Under the pieces are notes generated by a model. It made no database searches. It had not been told where the DNA came from and was given only the letters and a program-made list of their open reading frames with translations. Position numbers and translations under genes: made by a program. Below are positions 7,806-16,191 of a DNA stretch of 24,004 nucleotides, in pieces (the first letter of the stretch is position 1; the number at the start of each line of letters is the position of its first letter). Source of the DNA: a virus (lineage: Duplodnaviria; Caudoviricetes). The stretch covers positions 1 through 24,004 of the IMG/VR virus record IMGVR_UViG_3300005758_000174; one strand, written 5' to 3'.

Positions 7806-8897
7806 TTACTTTTTCTTAGCAAAATGGGCAGTGCTAAAGCCACCGCGATTGACTAGTTTGACTAGTCCCTTGGGTGTATTGAATACAAATCCCTCGCCGC
7901 CTGGAGCATCGCCAATCGATTGTTCCACGCCAGTAACTTGCTGTTCTAATTGACCTGCTAAGTTATTTTTAAGATTTGCGATAGCAAAGTATAGGTCAAA
8001 TAGTGCGTCCAATTGATCTTTGTTTTGTACGAGATAACCGTCACCGTCTCCTACTAAGAAACGATACTGCTTTCCACTAACGTTGTTTTGTAGCCACTGT
8101 TCGATTGGAAGATTTGTCTGATTCGTAGCAACGTGACCTAAATATTTCTGTAATGCGCTTCTAGCTACACCATCCATTCCTTGTAAGAACTTATCTAACT
8201 GTCCATTACTAGCAAGTGCTTGATTTACCTTAGCGACTTCATTTTTGGGAGCGGTTAGAGCAAAGTCGATTCCCATATTAGGTGTAAGAATAGCAACGTC
8301 TTTGTTGCCTGATAATCCTTTGCCATTCCAAGGAGTAGGCTTAGCAGCAACATCACTATAATATTGGTGTACTGCTACTCCGCCCTTAGTTCCTGCTATA
8401 GTTTTCCCTAGCTCACTGTTAGCGGGCACAGCATATTGTACAGTGTTTGGCTTGAAGACATACTTTCCATTTTGATTTGGAAGCTGCCCTGCCCACATTA
8501 GGTCTCCCCAAAAGAATCCCTTACTATTTCCTACTGCTGCTTTCAACCCATTCCAAATAGCAGTTAATTTTGGATATAGATCAGGGCGACTCTTGCCTCT
8601 GCTAGCATCGTATTGCTGCCAAAACTTGGGGCTTGTTCCTAGATACTCAGGGCCTTTATCAAACATGTATTTGTCTGAGACAGTGAATTGACCCTTGTCG
8701 TTGTATCCAAAGATAAGTGCTGGAAAACCATCCCACTTGATAGTGAGTGTTTCTGGATTTTTGATCACCCAGTATAATGATTCAACTGCGTCTCTGGCTG
8801 AGGCTAGACCATCAAATACAGCATCTTCTGGGTGAGGTGTGCGGGGGCTTTTTGCCTCGTTTAGTGTGGATTCGTTTAGTAACTCAGCTATTTTCAT
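7806..8897 (-). CDS. Covalent nucleotidyltransferase (RNA/DNA ligase-capping enzyme superfamily)-like protein, DUF6267-like, 363 aa
   Basis: TIKWDGFPA (motif I KxDG), FFWGDLMW (motif III-like), GEGFV (motif IV) and LVKLVNR (motif V). Start moved to the ATG at 8897, which forms an ATGA overlap with the upstream stop. Confidence 0.6.
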   Translation of the reverse strand: MKIAELLNESTLNEAKSPRTPHPEDAVFDGLASARDAVESLYWVIKNPETLTIKWDGFPALIFGYNDKGQFTVSDKYMFDKGPEYLGTSPKFWQQYDASRGKSRPDLYPKLTAIWNGLKAAVGNSKGFFWGDLMWAGQLPNQNGKYVFKPNTVQYAVPANSELGKTIAGTKGGVAVHQYYSDVAAKPTPWNGKGLSGNKDVAILTPNMGIDFALTAPKNEVAKVNQALASNGQLDKFLQGMDGVARSALQKYLGHVATNQTNLPIEQWLQNNVSGKQYRFLVGDGDGYLVQNKDQLDALFDLYFAIANLKNNLAGQLEQQVTGVEQSIGDAPGGEGFVFNTPKGLVKLVNRGGFSTAHFAKKK

Positions 8898-9760
8898 TTT
8901 ACAATATCCAACAGTGTTCGAAACCAATCAACTGAACCTACACTTTCGTTAATCTTGATATCAGTGGGGACACCTATATCTCTGATTACTGAGTTATCAG
9001 CAAAGTCACTAAGAATAGCTTGTGTCATTTCTGGAGAGTAATTCTTATCCATTGCTTTTCTTAATGTTTCATATGAATACAAATCATCTGCTGAGTCTAA
9101 GTTTAACACACTAGCAATTTCATCTGGATTTTTGTAAGGTCCGGCGATGATTTTGTTATTGTTCTTTTTAGTGTACCCGTCGCCCTTCTTATTAGGTTCA
9201 GGAGTTCTTAATACTCTGATCAACCCATCAGTGGGACTCCACATAAATCTTTCAGACTTTACTGGTCTACCATCTGATAGTTTTTCTTGTGAGTCTTTGC
9301 GATCCAAATGTGCTGCGATGGTAGAAATAAGAATGTTTCTAAACACTCCCTTATACTTACTATCTTTTTCATGCGGAGCATGATAGAATGTCTTCAACCA
9401 GCCCGGGTCGCCGGGCATAAAGTCTACTTGAACATAACCCGTTCTTGGTTTGCCTTCTACTTTCTTGTTAGGATCATAATCTGCGATCTTGACCTTTGTC
9501 ATGATAACAGAACTTTTAGCAATGTCAAGTACCTCAGGAATATTTTTTAGTTTTTCTACGAAAGCAGGAATATCTTCTGGCTTAATTTCTAGCGCAATAT
9601 CGATATCACCAGAGAACTCTTTTTTGCCGACGCTACCTAGTGTATTATTCTTTAGGTCAATTCCTAAGATTTTTTCTAGACTATCCAACGTGGGTTCAAT
9701 CTCATCGATGTGGATTGCTCCTACGCCTGACATAGCGCCGCCTTCGTTAAGAATAGTCAT
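8894..9760 (-). CDS. Pol-beta-superfamily nucleotidyltransferase, 288 aa
   Basis: LGSVGKKEFSGDIDIAL matches hG[GS]-x8-hDhDh (D52, D54), with a third acidic residue in YVQVDFM (D113). Confidence 0.7.
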   Translation of the reverse strand: MTILNEGGAMSGVGAIHIDEIEPTLDSLEKILGIDLKNNTLGSVGKKEFSGDIDIALEIKPEDIPAFVEKLKNIPEVLDIAKSSVIMTKVKIADYDPNKKVEGKPRTGYVQVDFMPGDPGWLKTFYHAPHEKDSKYKGVFRNILISTIAAHLDRKDSQEKLSDGRPVKSERFMWSPTDGLIRVLRTPEPNKKGDGYTKKNNNKIIAGPYKNPDEIASVLNLDSADDLYSYETLRKAMDKNYSPEMTQAILSDFADNSVIRDIGVPTDIKINESVGSVDWFRTLLDIVK

Positions 9761-10686
9761 TACTTCTTACGCTTTCCTTCAGCTACGAGACCTGCGCTAG
9801 CACCTAGCTGAGCAGCTTTTGCTGGCTGTAACGTCTTAATAAACTTGTTGTATAGGTCAGGGTGTGCGTTAGCAAGTTGGTCTAGATCAGCCTTTACCTG
9901 CGTGAATGCTGTACCCGCATCCACTGCGTTTTGTTTAACTGTCTGAACATATTCTTGGGGCGCGCCGGCCGGGATGCCTGCCTTTGATAGCGCCAAGCCA
10001 ATTTTTGCTAAGTCGGTTAAATGCTGCTTAACATTCTTTGGATAATCTTTTTGTAGTTGCTCAAGCTTTTGCTTAATGAGCGGCTTTCTACCTTCCCATT
10101 GAACCCCCTGCATATATTGAGCAAACCAATTCATCATGTAATCAGAAATAGTCATCTGATTATCGTCTTCGTCAATGTTAATGATGCTTTCAAAGACTCT
10201 ATTCATCTTATCATATGAAGATTCTTTGATCTTGATTCCAGCACCGCCCGATGTAATACCACCTGGCTTACTAGCAGCAGAAGGACTAGCAGAAACAGTA
10301 GTCTTTGGCTGATTTAATGTAGGAGTTGAAAATGGACTAGCCGGAGCAGGCGGCTTAGTAGCAGGACCAGCATTTGGTGCGATCTTACCGTAATATTGCT
10401 GTCCTGGCTTCGCAGCAGGTGTTGCGCCAGCTTGTTGCGCCCCGGCTGCCGGCTGTGTTCCGGCAGCCGGCTGAGCAGAGGCAGCAGGCTGAGTGCCGGG
10501 CGTCTTGATATTAGCGTTGATGAGTCCCCCATTAAGACCGTTATTAAGTGAGGTCATGGCATCTTGAATAAAGTCTTTGATGAAAATATCTTGTACTTTA
10601 GTTTGGTAGCTTCCTTGACCGGTCATTAATCCTTTGATGCCAGAAATTATACCTTCTTCAATCTTGTTAAGTTCATTTAGCTTCAT
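9760..10686 (-). CDS. Hypothetical protein, 308 aa, with a Pro/Ala/Gln-rich linker (probable internal head protein)
   Basis: MKLNEL..IEEG N-terminus, QPAA repeats, multiple I/L/V-x-E sites. Confidence 0.7.
   Translation of the reverse strand: MKLNELNKIEEGIISGIKGLMTGQGSYQTKVQDIFIKDFIQDAMTSLNNGLNGGLINANIKTPGTQPAASAQPAAGTQPAAGAQQAGATPAAKPGQQYYGKIAPNAGPATKPPAPASPFSTPTLNQPKTTVSASPSAASKPGGITSGGAGIKIKESSYDKMNRVFESIINIDEDDNQMTISDYMMNWFAQYMQGVQWEGRKPLIKQKLEQLQKDYPKNVKQHLTDLAKIGLALSKAGIPAGAPQEYVQTVKQNAVDAGTAFTQVKADLDQLANAHPDLYNKFIKTLQPAKAAQLGASAGLVAEGKRKK
10430..10500 (-). repeat. Low-complexity tandem QPAA(S/G)(A/T) peptide repeat (GC-rich)
   Basis: TQPAASAQPAAGTQPAAGAQQAGA in the translation; coordinates approximate. 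Confidence 0.7.
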
Positions 10687-10921
10687 TTTTCTTCCTCAAA
10701 GACTTTGTGAATCTAGCTTGATCTTTGCTCTTGATAGCACTCAAAAGCTTTTTTTCAAGAAGTTCTGCCTTTTCGGAAGAATAATGCTTTTGCATTAGTT
10801 CAATCAAATTGATAGCACTAGTAATAATATTGGACGCACGGTTTTCGATGACATTGTTAATGTCACGGGTGTCACCAAACGCTTGTAGCTCCTCAAGAAG
10901 ACTTCTTGTTTTCTTTTGCAT
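10673..10921 (-). CDS. Small helical phage protein, 82 aa
   Basis: AGGA SD and late promoter upstream; MQKKTRSLLEEL... Confidence 0.75.
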   Translation of the reverse strand: MQKKTRSLLEELQAFGDTRDINNVIENRASNIITSAINLIELMQKHYSSEKAELLEKKLLSAIKSKDQARFTKSLRKKNEAK

Positions 10922-10944
10922 AATTATAAAGATCCTGCTGATAG

Positions 10945-10950
10945 TATTTA
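10945..10950 (-). promoter_or_regulatory. T4-like late promoter core TAAATA heading the 10921-7806 operon
   Basis: GACTAAATACT, just downstream of the helicase stop. Confidence 0.7.
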
Positions 10951-10959
10951 GTCAAAAAC

Positions 10960-12369
10960 TTAATTTTGTTTCTTAATTGAGTTAAGCAATGACTTTAATT
11001 TTGCGCCCTGTACATCGGCTACTACCTTAGATTCTTTTTGCTCTAGTTCGGTATGAACTACTTCGTTAGTGGAACCAACTTGACTAGTTGTTTTAATTTG
11101 ACTTAAGATTTGATTTGGTGTAGGTTGTTCTCTTCCCTCTTCTGGGTCACTATCACTAATACGCATAGTTTCAATGTTATAATCCAAGTCAATCTTTTGA
11201 CCAACACCCGTTGAACTACGACTTTTCATACACTGAATCTGATATTTTCCACGCTCTCTCATAGATCGACTTGTAAAGATACCAAACACATAGTCAGCAG
11301 TATTGATCTTTGAGATACCACCTGCAATGTGACTATGATCGAATTCGATTTCTTCAACTGCGCTACGATTCAACTGTGACGCAGTGATCAATAATACACC
11401 AAGTTCCTTCGCTAAGTTGCGAAGTTCTTCCGACACATACTTGTCCTTGATGAACTGGTCGTTTGGATTGACCTTAACAGACACTGGCATAACGAGGTCA
11501 AGATAGTCAATCATTACAAAGTCAACTTTGATACCAGTCTGGATCTGTACTTCCTTAATGTAAGAACGAATAGCGTTGACATTGCTCTGTGCGGGCAATG
11601 CTTTAACACGATACTTACCGAACTTCTTACCAGCCATCTTGACCTTAAGTTCAGTATCATCCATGTTCTTACGAATGTCGCGGGTACTCATATTAGTAAG
11701 CATGGCGTCAGTACGAAGTGAAGTCAATTCTTCACTAAGTTCAAGAGTGATATAGACACCGCTGAGACCCATGCTCAACCAGTTAAGTGCGATATTCATC
11801 ATGACAAGTGACTTACCAGAACCCGAACCACCTGCGAAGATGTTAAGTTCGCCGCGACTCATACCGCCATACATGACTCTATCAAGCTGAGGCCAGCCAG
11901 TAGACACCTGACCACCCGCGTTGAAATACTTGTTCAATCGATCCTTAGGATCAGCGAAATAGTCTGTACCCATGTCTCGCTGTAAGCTGATTTGAACAGC
12001 GTCCTTGACTAATTTCTCAACTGGGTCAAACTCACCCTTCTCAAGCAAGTCTGCTGCTTTGAGAATAGCACGTTCAAGTTCCTGACGCTTAGTGAATGCC
12101 TCGAATTCTTCTAAGAACCAATCATAATGACCATCAGTTAAGTCTTCAATGGGTTCAATAGCTTCACCTGTAGTAGCCTTAATCTGAGTTTGATCGGGCA
12201 TAATGCTATACTTCGCAGTATGCTCAACAATAAACTCCGCAACATTTCTAAGACTACGATCAAAGTTCTCTGGATTCATGATGTTCATGACACGAGTATA
12301 CAACTCGGCATTTGTGACCATCATTTGTAGGAATAGTCGTTGTACGTCTGTATTATATTCTTTTAGCAA
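10960..12369 (-). CDS. Replicative DNA helicase (DnaB/T4 gp41-like, SF4)
   Basis: STGWPQLD..YGGMSRGELNIFAGGSGSGKS (Walker A), ITLELSE, VMIDYLDL (Walker B), TASQLNR and MKSRS; TTG start. Confidence 0.93.
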   Translation of the reverse strand: MLKEYNTDVQRLFLQMMVTNAELYTRVMNIMNPENFDRSLRNVAEFIVEHTAKYSIMPDQTQIKATTGEAIEPIEDLTDGHYDWFLEEFEAFTKRQELERAILKAADLLEKGEFDPVEKLVKDAVQISLQRDMGTDYFADPKDRLNKYFNAGGQVSTGWPQLDRVMYGGMSRGELNIFAGGSGSGKSLVMMNIALNWLSMGLSGVYITLELSEELTSLRTDAMLTNMSTRDIRKNMDDTELKVKMAGKKFGKYRVKALPAQSNVNAIRSYIKEVQIQTGIKVDFVMIDYLDLVMPVSVKVNPNDQFIKDKYVSEELRNLAKELGVLLITASQLNRSAVEEIEFDHSHIAGGISKINTADYVFGIFTSRSMRERGKYQIQCMKSRSSTGVGQKIDLDYNIETMRISDSDPEEGREQPTPNQILSQIKTTSQVGSTNEVVHTELEQKESKVVADVQGAKLKSLLNSIKKQN

Positions 12370-13324
12370 GTTTCTTCCTCGTTAGTTCCAGTTTAATCTT
12401 ACTGTTTGTAGCGTTCTGTAAGATGCTTAATAATGTTGCCAATTTGCCATATTTTATTACAGCATCATTGGCGTCTTTGATTCCTTCTTCCCAATTGGGA
12501 AGAGAGACATGAAATCCTAATTCTAATGCTCTATCGCAAATCGTTAATCCTGTCTTATCTAAGTCAGGGACAACAATGACTTTTCTATTCAGTCTTCGTA
12601 ATATCTCTGCTTGTTCGTCGCTTATTGTATCATGGGTCAACGCACAGGCGTTAAGAGAAAGGGCATCAAATATACCCTCTACGACTAAGCAAACTTCCCA
12701 ATTTGGCTTCTGGAAATCGTAACCAAATACATATCCCGTCTGTTGTTCTTTGATGAACTTTGGCGTTCTGTTATCTAGATATCGACTCGTATGACCTACG
12801 ATCTTCCCTTCGAAAGTATAGGGAATGATGATTCTATTATTGTTTCTGCCATGCTCGTTAGGAGTAACCATGAACGGATATTCGTCATACTTAATACCGC
12901 GACCATGTAGATAATCTATGAATACTTTGTGTTTTTCGTTGTTCGGGTCAATAAGTTCCGCATCGGGAAGTGTTAGTTCTTTGAACTTTACCTTCTTCTT
13001 TTCCTTGCGAACCTTAATAATATCAAGCAAATCTTTCTGTTGTATACTTTCTAGATTCCACTTAGCAATTTGATTCTGTTCAACTCCGCACCAAGTTAAC
13101 AACTGTCTAGTATTCTTACTGATACTCTTGCCTAACTGAAAGCCACATTTAAAGTTACAATTGAAACAGTGATAGCTCCAGTTTTCTCCATCAAACCTGA
13201 TACCGCCCCGCCCGCGCTTATCGGCTTTGTGTCCTCGATGATGGCAGCATACCGCGTTGAAGCTAGTCCAACCGCTAGAGGTAAGCTTCTTCTTTCCCGG
13301 AATAAGGGTCAAGATATCAAACAT
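12353..13324 (-). CDS. DNA primase (Zn-binding domain plus TOPRIM; T4 gp61-like)
   Basis: CC...YHCFNC Zn ligands, RIIIP, VVEGIFDAL, VPDLDKTG and IKDAND; adjacent to the helicase. Confidence 0.88.
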   Translation of the reverse strand: MFDILTLIPGKKKLTSSGWTSFNAVCCHHRGHKADKRGRGGIRFDGENWSYHCFNCNFKCGFQLGKSISKNTRQLLTWCGVEQNQIAKWNLESIQQKDLLDIIKVRKEKKKVKFKELTLPDAELIDPNNEKHKVFIDYLHGRGIKYDEYPFMVTPNEHGRNNNRIIIPYTFEGKIVGHTSRYLDNRTPKFIKEQQTGYVFGYDFQKPNWEVCLVVEGIFDALSLNACALTHDTISDEQAEILRRLNRKVIVVPDLDKTGLTICDRALELGFHVSLPNWEEGIKDANDAVIKYGKLATLLSILQNATNSKIKLELTRKKLAKRI

Positions 13325-13329
13325 GTCTT

Positions 13330-13358
13330 ATTGTAGCATTAAAAGTGTTAACGAGCAA
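13330..13358 (-). promoter_or_regulatory. sigma70-type promoter TTGCTC-N17-TACAAT with extended -10 TG; leaderless primase mRNA predicted
   Basis: TTGCTCGTTAACACTTTTAATGCTACAATAAGACATG: the ATG is 5 nt after the -10 box and there is no SD. Confidence 0.65.
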
Positions 13359-14115
13359 GTATATTGGTTACCGCACCTGAGTTACTTGTGAATTCAACTT
13401 TGACGAATGGGTGATATCCATGAATAGTATATCCCTTAGTCTCAGTAACATTAGCTAAATCATCATCATTGACAATAGGATACCAATCACCGTCTACAAT
13501 GCTGGATCCTAATATAGCAACATTTCCATAGTATTCTTCATATCTGGTTTGTATTGTTAATATTGGATTATCTTGTGTGTTGATAATACTTGTGTAATAT
13601 ACGTAGTTGCTGTTTCCTGAGCTATTGCTGATATTGGGGAATGGCTGTCCTGTAGGAATCGAAACACTCTGAGAAGGAACAAAGGATGGAAGCACTGAGT
13701 TTACAATGTTCATATCCCCTCTTGCTCCCGCATTCTGATCTACGAATACTGGAAAATCAAACTCACCTACTGGAATCTCTAACGAGTAATATGCCTTTTG
13801 AGCATCGATATCTTCAATGTCAGCAGCATTAAGATTTAGTGAAGCAATGCCTGTTAATGCGAAATCTAAATCTAATGCTTTTCTGATAAGCACTTCGGTT
13901 CCGTTGTAGTTTAGTATTCTACAAGTAATACTTTTACCAGTAATGTCTACTGGCTTTTGTTCTTGGTTCAAGAACTGAAACTGAATCTTGTTATCTACAC
14001 CTTTGTGTAGTGTTAATGGTTTGGCATATACAGGCATATACTTCCTCGGTGAATTCCCTGAGAGGAGTACAACAATTTGACGTTGCGTATATATGAATAC
14101 AGATGTTGTGTACAC
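13348..14115 (-). CDS. Virion structural protein with BppU-like (baseplate) N-terminal beta domain
   Basis: LHKGVDNKIQFQFLNQEQKPVDITG pattern; GTG start with GAGGAG SD and late promoter. Confidence 0.6.
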   Translation of the reverse strand: MYTTSVFIYTQRQIVVLLSGNSPRKYMPVYAKPLTLHKGVDNKIQFQFLNQEQKPVDITGKSITCRILNYNGTEVLIRKALDLDFALTGIASLNLNAADIEDIDAQKAYYSLEIPVGEFDFPVFVDQNAGARGDMNIVNSVLPSFVPSQSVSIPTGQPFPNISNSSGNSNYVYYTSIINTQDNPILTIQTRYEEYYGNVAILGSSIVDGDWYPIVNDDDLANVTETKGYTIHGYHPFVKVEFTSNSGAVTNILAR

Positions 14116-14134
14116 TTAAATCTCCTCAGTCAAG

Positions 14135-14178
14135 TATTTATTCCCAAAAATATTACTTTGGGTAAAATGGTGTAAATA
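14135..14178. promoter_or_regulatory. Divergent late promoters: TAAATA on minus (14135-14140) and plus (14173-14178), with the inverted repeat CCCAAA-N8-TTTGGG (14143-14162) between them
   Basis: Seen directly; each motif points into an adjacent gene. Confidence 0.65.
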
Positions 14179-14184
14179 TACTTT

Positions 14185-14568
14185 GTGAGCATGAACGAAG
14201 AATTTTTTAAGAAACTGAGTGAAAACCATCCCTATATTTCCATTTGTTCCTACGCAAGTCAAGACTATGTAGGGATAATACAAAATAGGGACGACACCGT
14301 TACAACTATCTATGACTATGGCGCGATTGTTCTTCCAGAATTACGTGCTAGGTTTTTAGAATTAGGTGATATATGGTGGTGGGAATCGAATAGAACGATT
14401 CCCATTAACATTTTCTTAAAAGAAGAATGGATGATATTCAAACCCTACTTAAGAACATTCAATAACAAGAGTCTAACAATCATTCATGGTCCTATTGTTA
14501 GCATGAACGAATTCATCAAGAAACGCTCAAAGCGTAGAAGCATCACACTTGTTAAGCGGATGCCCTAG
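14185..14568 (+). CDS. Hypothetical phage protein, 127 aa (start GTG 14185 or ATG 14191); only credible plus-strand gene
   Basis: Fills a gap with no long minus-strand ORF and has its own TAAATA; YVGIIQN..WWWESNR.IPINIFL...KRSKRRSITLV. Confidence 0.8.
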   Translation: MSMNEEFFKKLSENHPYISICSYASQDYVGIIQNRDDTVTTIYDYGAIVLPELRARFLELGDIWWWESNRTIPINIFLKEEWMIFKPYLRTFNNKSLTIIHGPIVSMNEFIKKRSKRRSITLVKRMP

Positions 14569-15070
14569 CTTTCTTCTTTAGTTCTTTATTTCTCTTATCC
14601 TTAGCCATCTTAAAGCTCAAGTTTCCTACTCTCTGATCAAACGTAACCCCAATCAAATGATCGTACTCGTGTAGGAACACTCTACATTCGAAGCCAGTCA
14701 ATTCACGTTCAATAACTTCACCTGTAATAGTATGATACTGAACTACCGCACTAGCCGGGCGCTTAACTTTCATAAACAAATCAGGGAAACTAAGGCATCC
14801 TTCCAAGTCATTATCACGTTCTTCTGACAGTGAAACAATCTTAGGGTTGATACAAGCAACAAGCTTGATAAAGTTGCCCATGATAAAGAGTCGCTTCTTA
14901 ATACCAACCTGAGGAGCAGCAAGACCTACTCCACCGTTGTTGGTCATAAAGATTGACATTTGCTTTACGAGGTCTTCCGGGCTACCGTCAACTTCAAAGT
15001 CCCATTCTTCTGAGACTTCAAGTAGTTGTCTATGACCTTCAGGTAGTAATTCTAAGTTATACTCAGTCAT
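14552..15070 (-). CDS. def: Peptide deformylase
   Basis: All three PDF motifs: GVGLAAPQVG, EGCLS and HEYDHLIG. ATG at 15070 is preferred to GTG at 15082. Confidence 0.95.
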   Translation of the reverse strand: MTEYNLELLPEGHRQLLEVSEEWDFEVDGSPEDLVKQMSIFMTNNGGVGLAAPQVGIKKRLFIMGNFIKLVACINPKIVSLSEERDNDLEGCLSFPDLFMKVKRPASAVVQYHTITGEVIERELTGFECRVFLHEYDHLIGVTFDQRVGNLSFKMAKDKRNKELKKKARASA

Positions 15071-15407
15071 TGGTTGCGTCACCCTTTCTATAGCTATACC
15101 AAATTGTATCGTGCGGAGTTTGGATTGAGAAAGATTCTTGTTCTAGCTCAACACGCAGTCTTTCGGCAATTTCAATTGCTTTTTCAATAATAGAAGCAGG
15201 GTCAGCAGGGAATCTAGGATAGTTGATTAGTCCTACTTCAACGCCAGCCTCTTGTCCATCTTTGTAAACATAGAGGGTGGGCTTTATAGTAACGCAATAT
15301 CCCACTTGGTTACAGTATTTTTCCACAACTTTTATTGCCTTAGGATATCTACCCGCAATATAAATTGTTACAGGGAATGAGGGAGCTTGTTTAATTAGTG
15401 GTTTCAT
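15063..15407 (-). CDS. Hypothetical phage protein, 114 aa
   Basis: Coupled by overlaps on both sides; IYIAG..YC..G.CVTI.PT.Y.Y..G.E.G..VGLINYPRFP. Confidence 0.75.
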   Translation of the reverse strand: MKPLIKQAPSFPVTIYIAGRYPKAIKVVEKYCNQVGYCVTIKPTLYVYKDGQEAGVEVGLINYPRFPADPASIIEKAIEIAERLRVELEQESFSIQTPHDTIWYSYRKGDATND

Positions 15408-15940
15408 AAATTAATACCGTGTTCTCTTAAAATGTGTATATAGTAATCTTCGCCCTTATGTACACTATCTACGAAGTGATCTGCGGCGTTTTCGTCTGCC
15501 ATATCGCTGATATACTTATAGCAAATAAACTCTACGTTTGCCATTTGACACGCTTTGGCAATACTAAACGCTTCCATATCAACTAAGTCAGAGATTATAC
15601 CATACGTATCAGTTACGAAATTGTCACCAGTACTTAAGCGAACCCCATCGGTTCCTGTCTTGATTGGGGCATGTAGTTCATCTATTTGAGGACCAGTGAG
15701 ACAACCACCTAGGATAACATCACGCTGGCTAAAATAGGTACACTTGTACAGTTTGCCCGGCATAACTCCTATGCCACCAGCAGTGCCAAAGTTAAAAACT
15801 CTATTAGGCTTGTATCGTTCAATTAGTGTAGCAGCAGTAATAGCGGCGTTCACCTTACCCACACCCGTAAAGAATACATTGGGGATTCCAACGAGATTCG
15901 GTGCCTCTTCGGGCATTGCCAACAAGATAATATCGTTCAT
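15404..15940 (-). CDS. mtnN: 5'-methylthioadenosine/S-adenosylhomocysteine nucleosidase (PNP_UDP_1 fold)
   Basis: LAMPEE, TGVGKVNAA, NFGTAGG, STGDNFV, VDMEA and KYISDMAD. Confidence 0.85.
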   Translation of the reverse strand: MNDIILLAMPEEAPNLVGIPNVFFTGVGKVNAAITAATLIERYKPNRVFNFGTAGGIGVMPGKLYKCTYFSQRDVILGGCLTGPQIDELHAPIKTGTDGVRLSTGDNFVTDTYGIISDLVDMEAFSIAKACQMANVEFICYKYISDMADENAADHFVDSVHKGEDYYIHILREHGINL

Positions 15941-16191
15941 CGTATCACTATTCCCGGCTTTAGGTTGTTCTCTCGGTCTTGAGGTGTCGTCCAGAGTTTG
16001 CCGCAGTCTGGACAGTGCCAGTTAATCCAGTATGAATCTTGACTAGGATCATAATTTCCAGTATCTCCCCTATATTGTTTTGTCACATTAGGGTGGATAC
16101 ATGTCTCTCGCAAGTCACAAAGTTGACCAACTAGCTTATCAATCTTGTCACTAATAGATTGGCGCTTGCGCTGAACCTGTTTAGGAGTCAT
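15937..16191 (-). CDS. Small Zn-ribbon protein, 84 aa
   Basis: N-terminal coiled coil, then CIH...WHCPDCGK. Confidence 0.7.
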   Translation of the reverse strand: MTPKQVQRKRQSISDKIDKLVGQLCDLRETCIHPNVTKQYRGDTGNYDPSQDSYWINWHCPDCGKLWTTPQDRENNLKPGIVIR

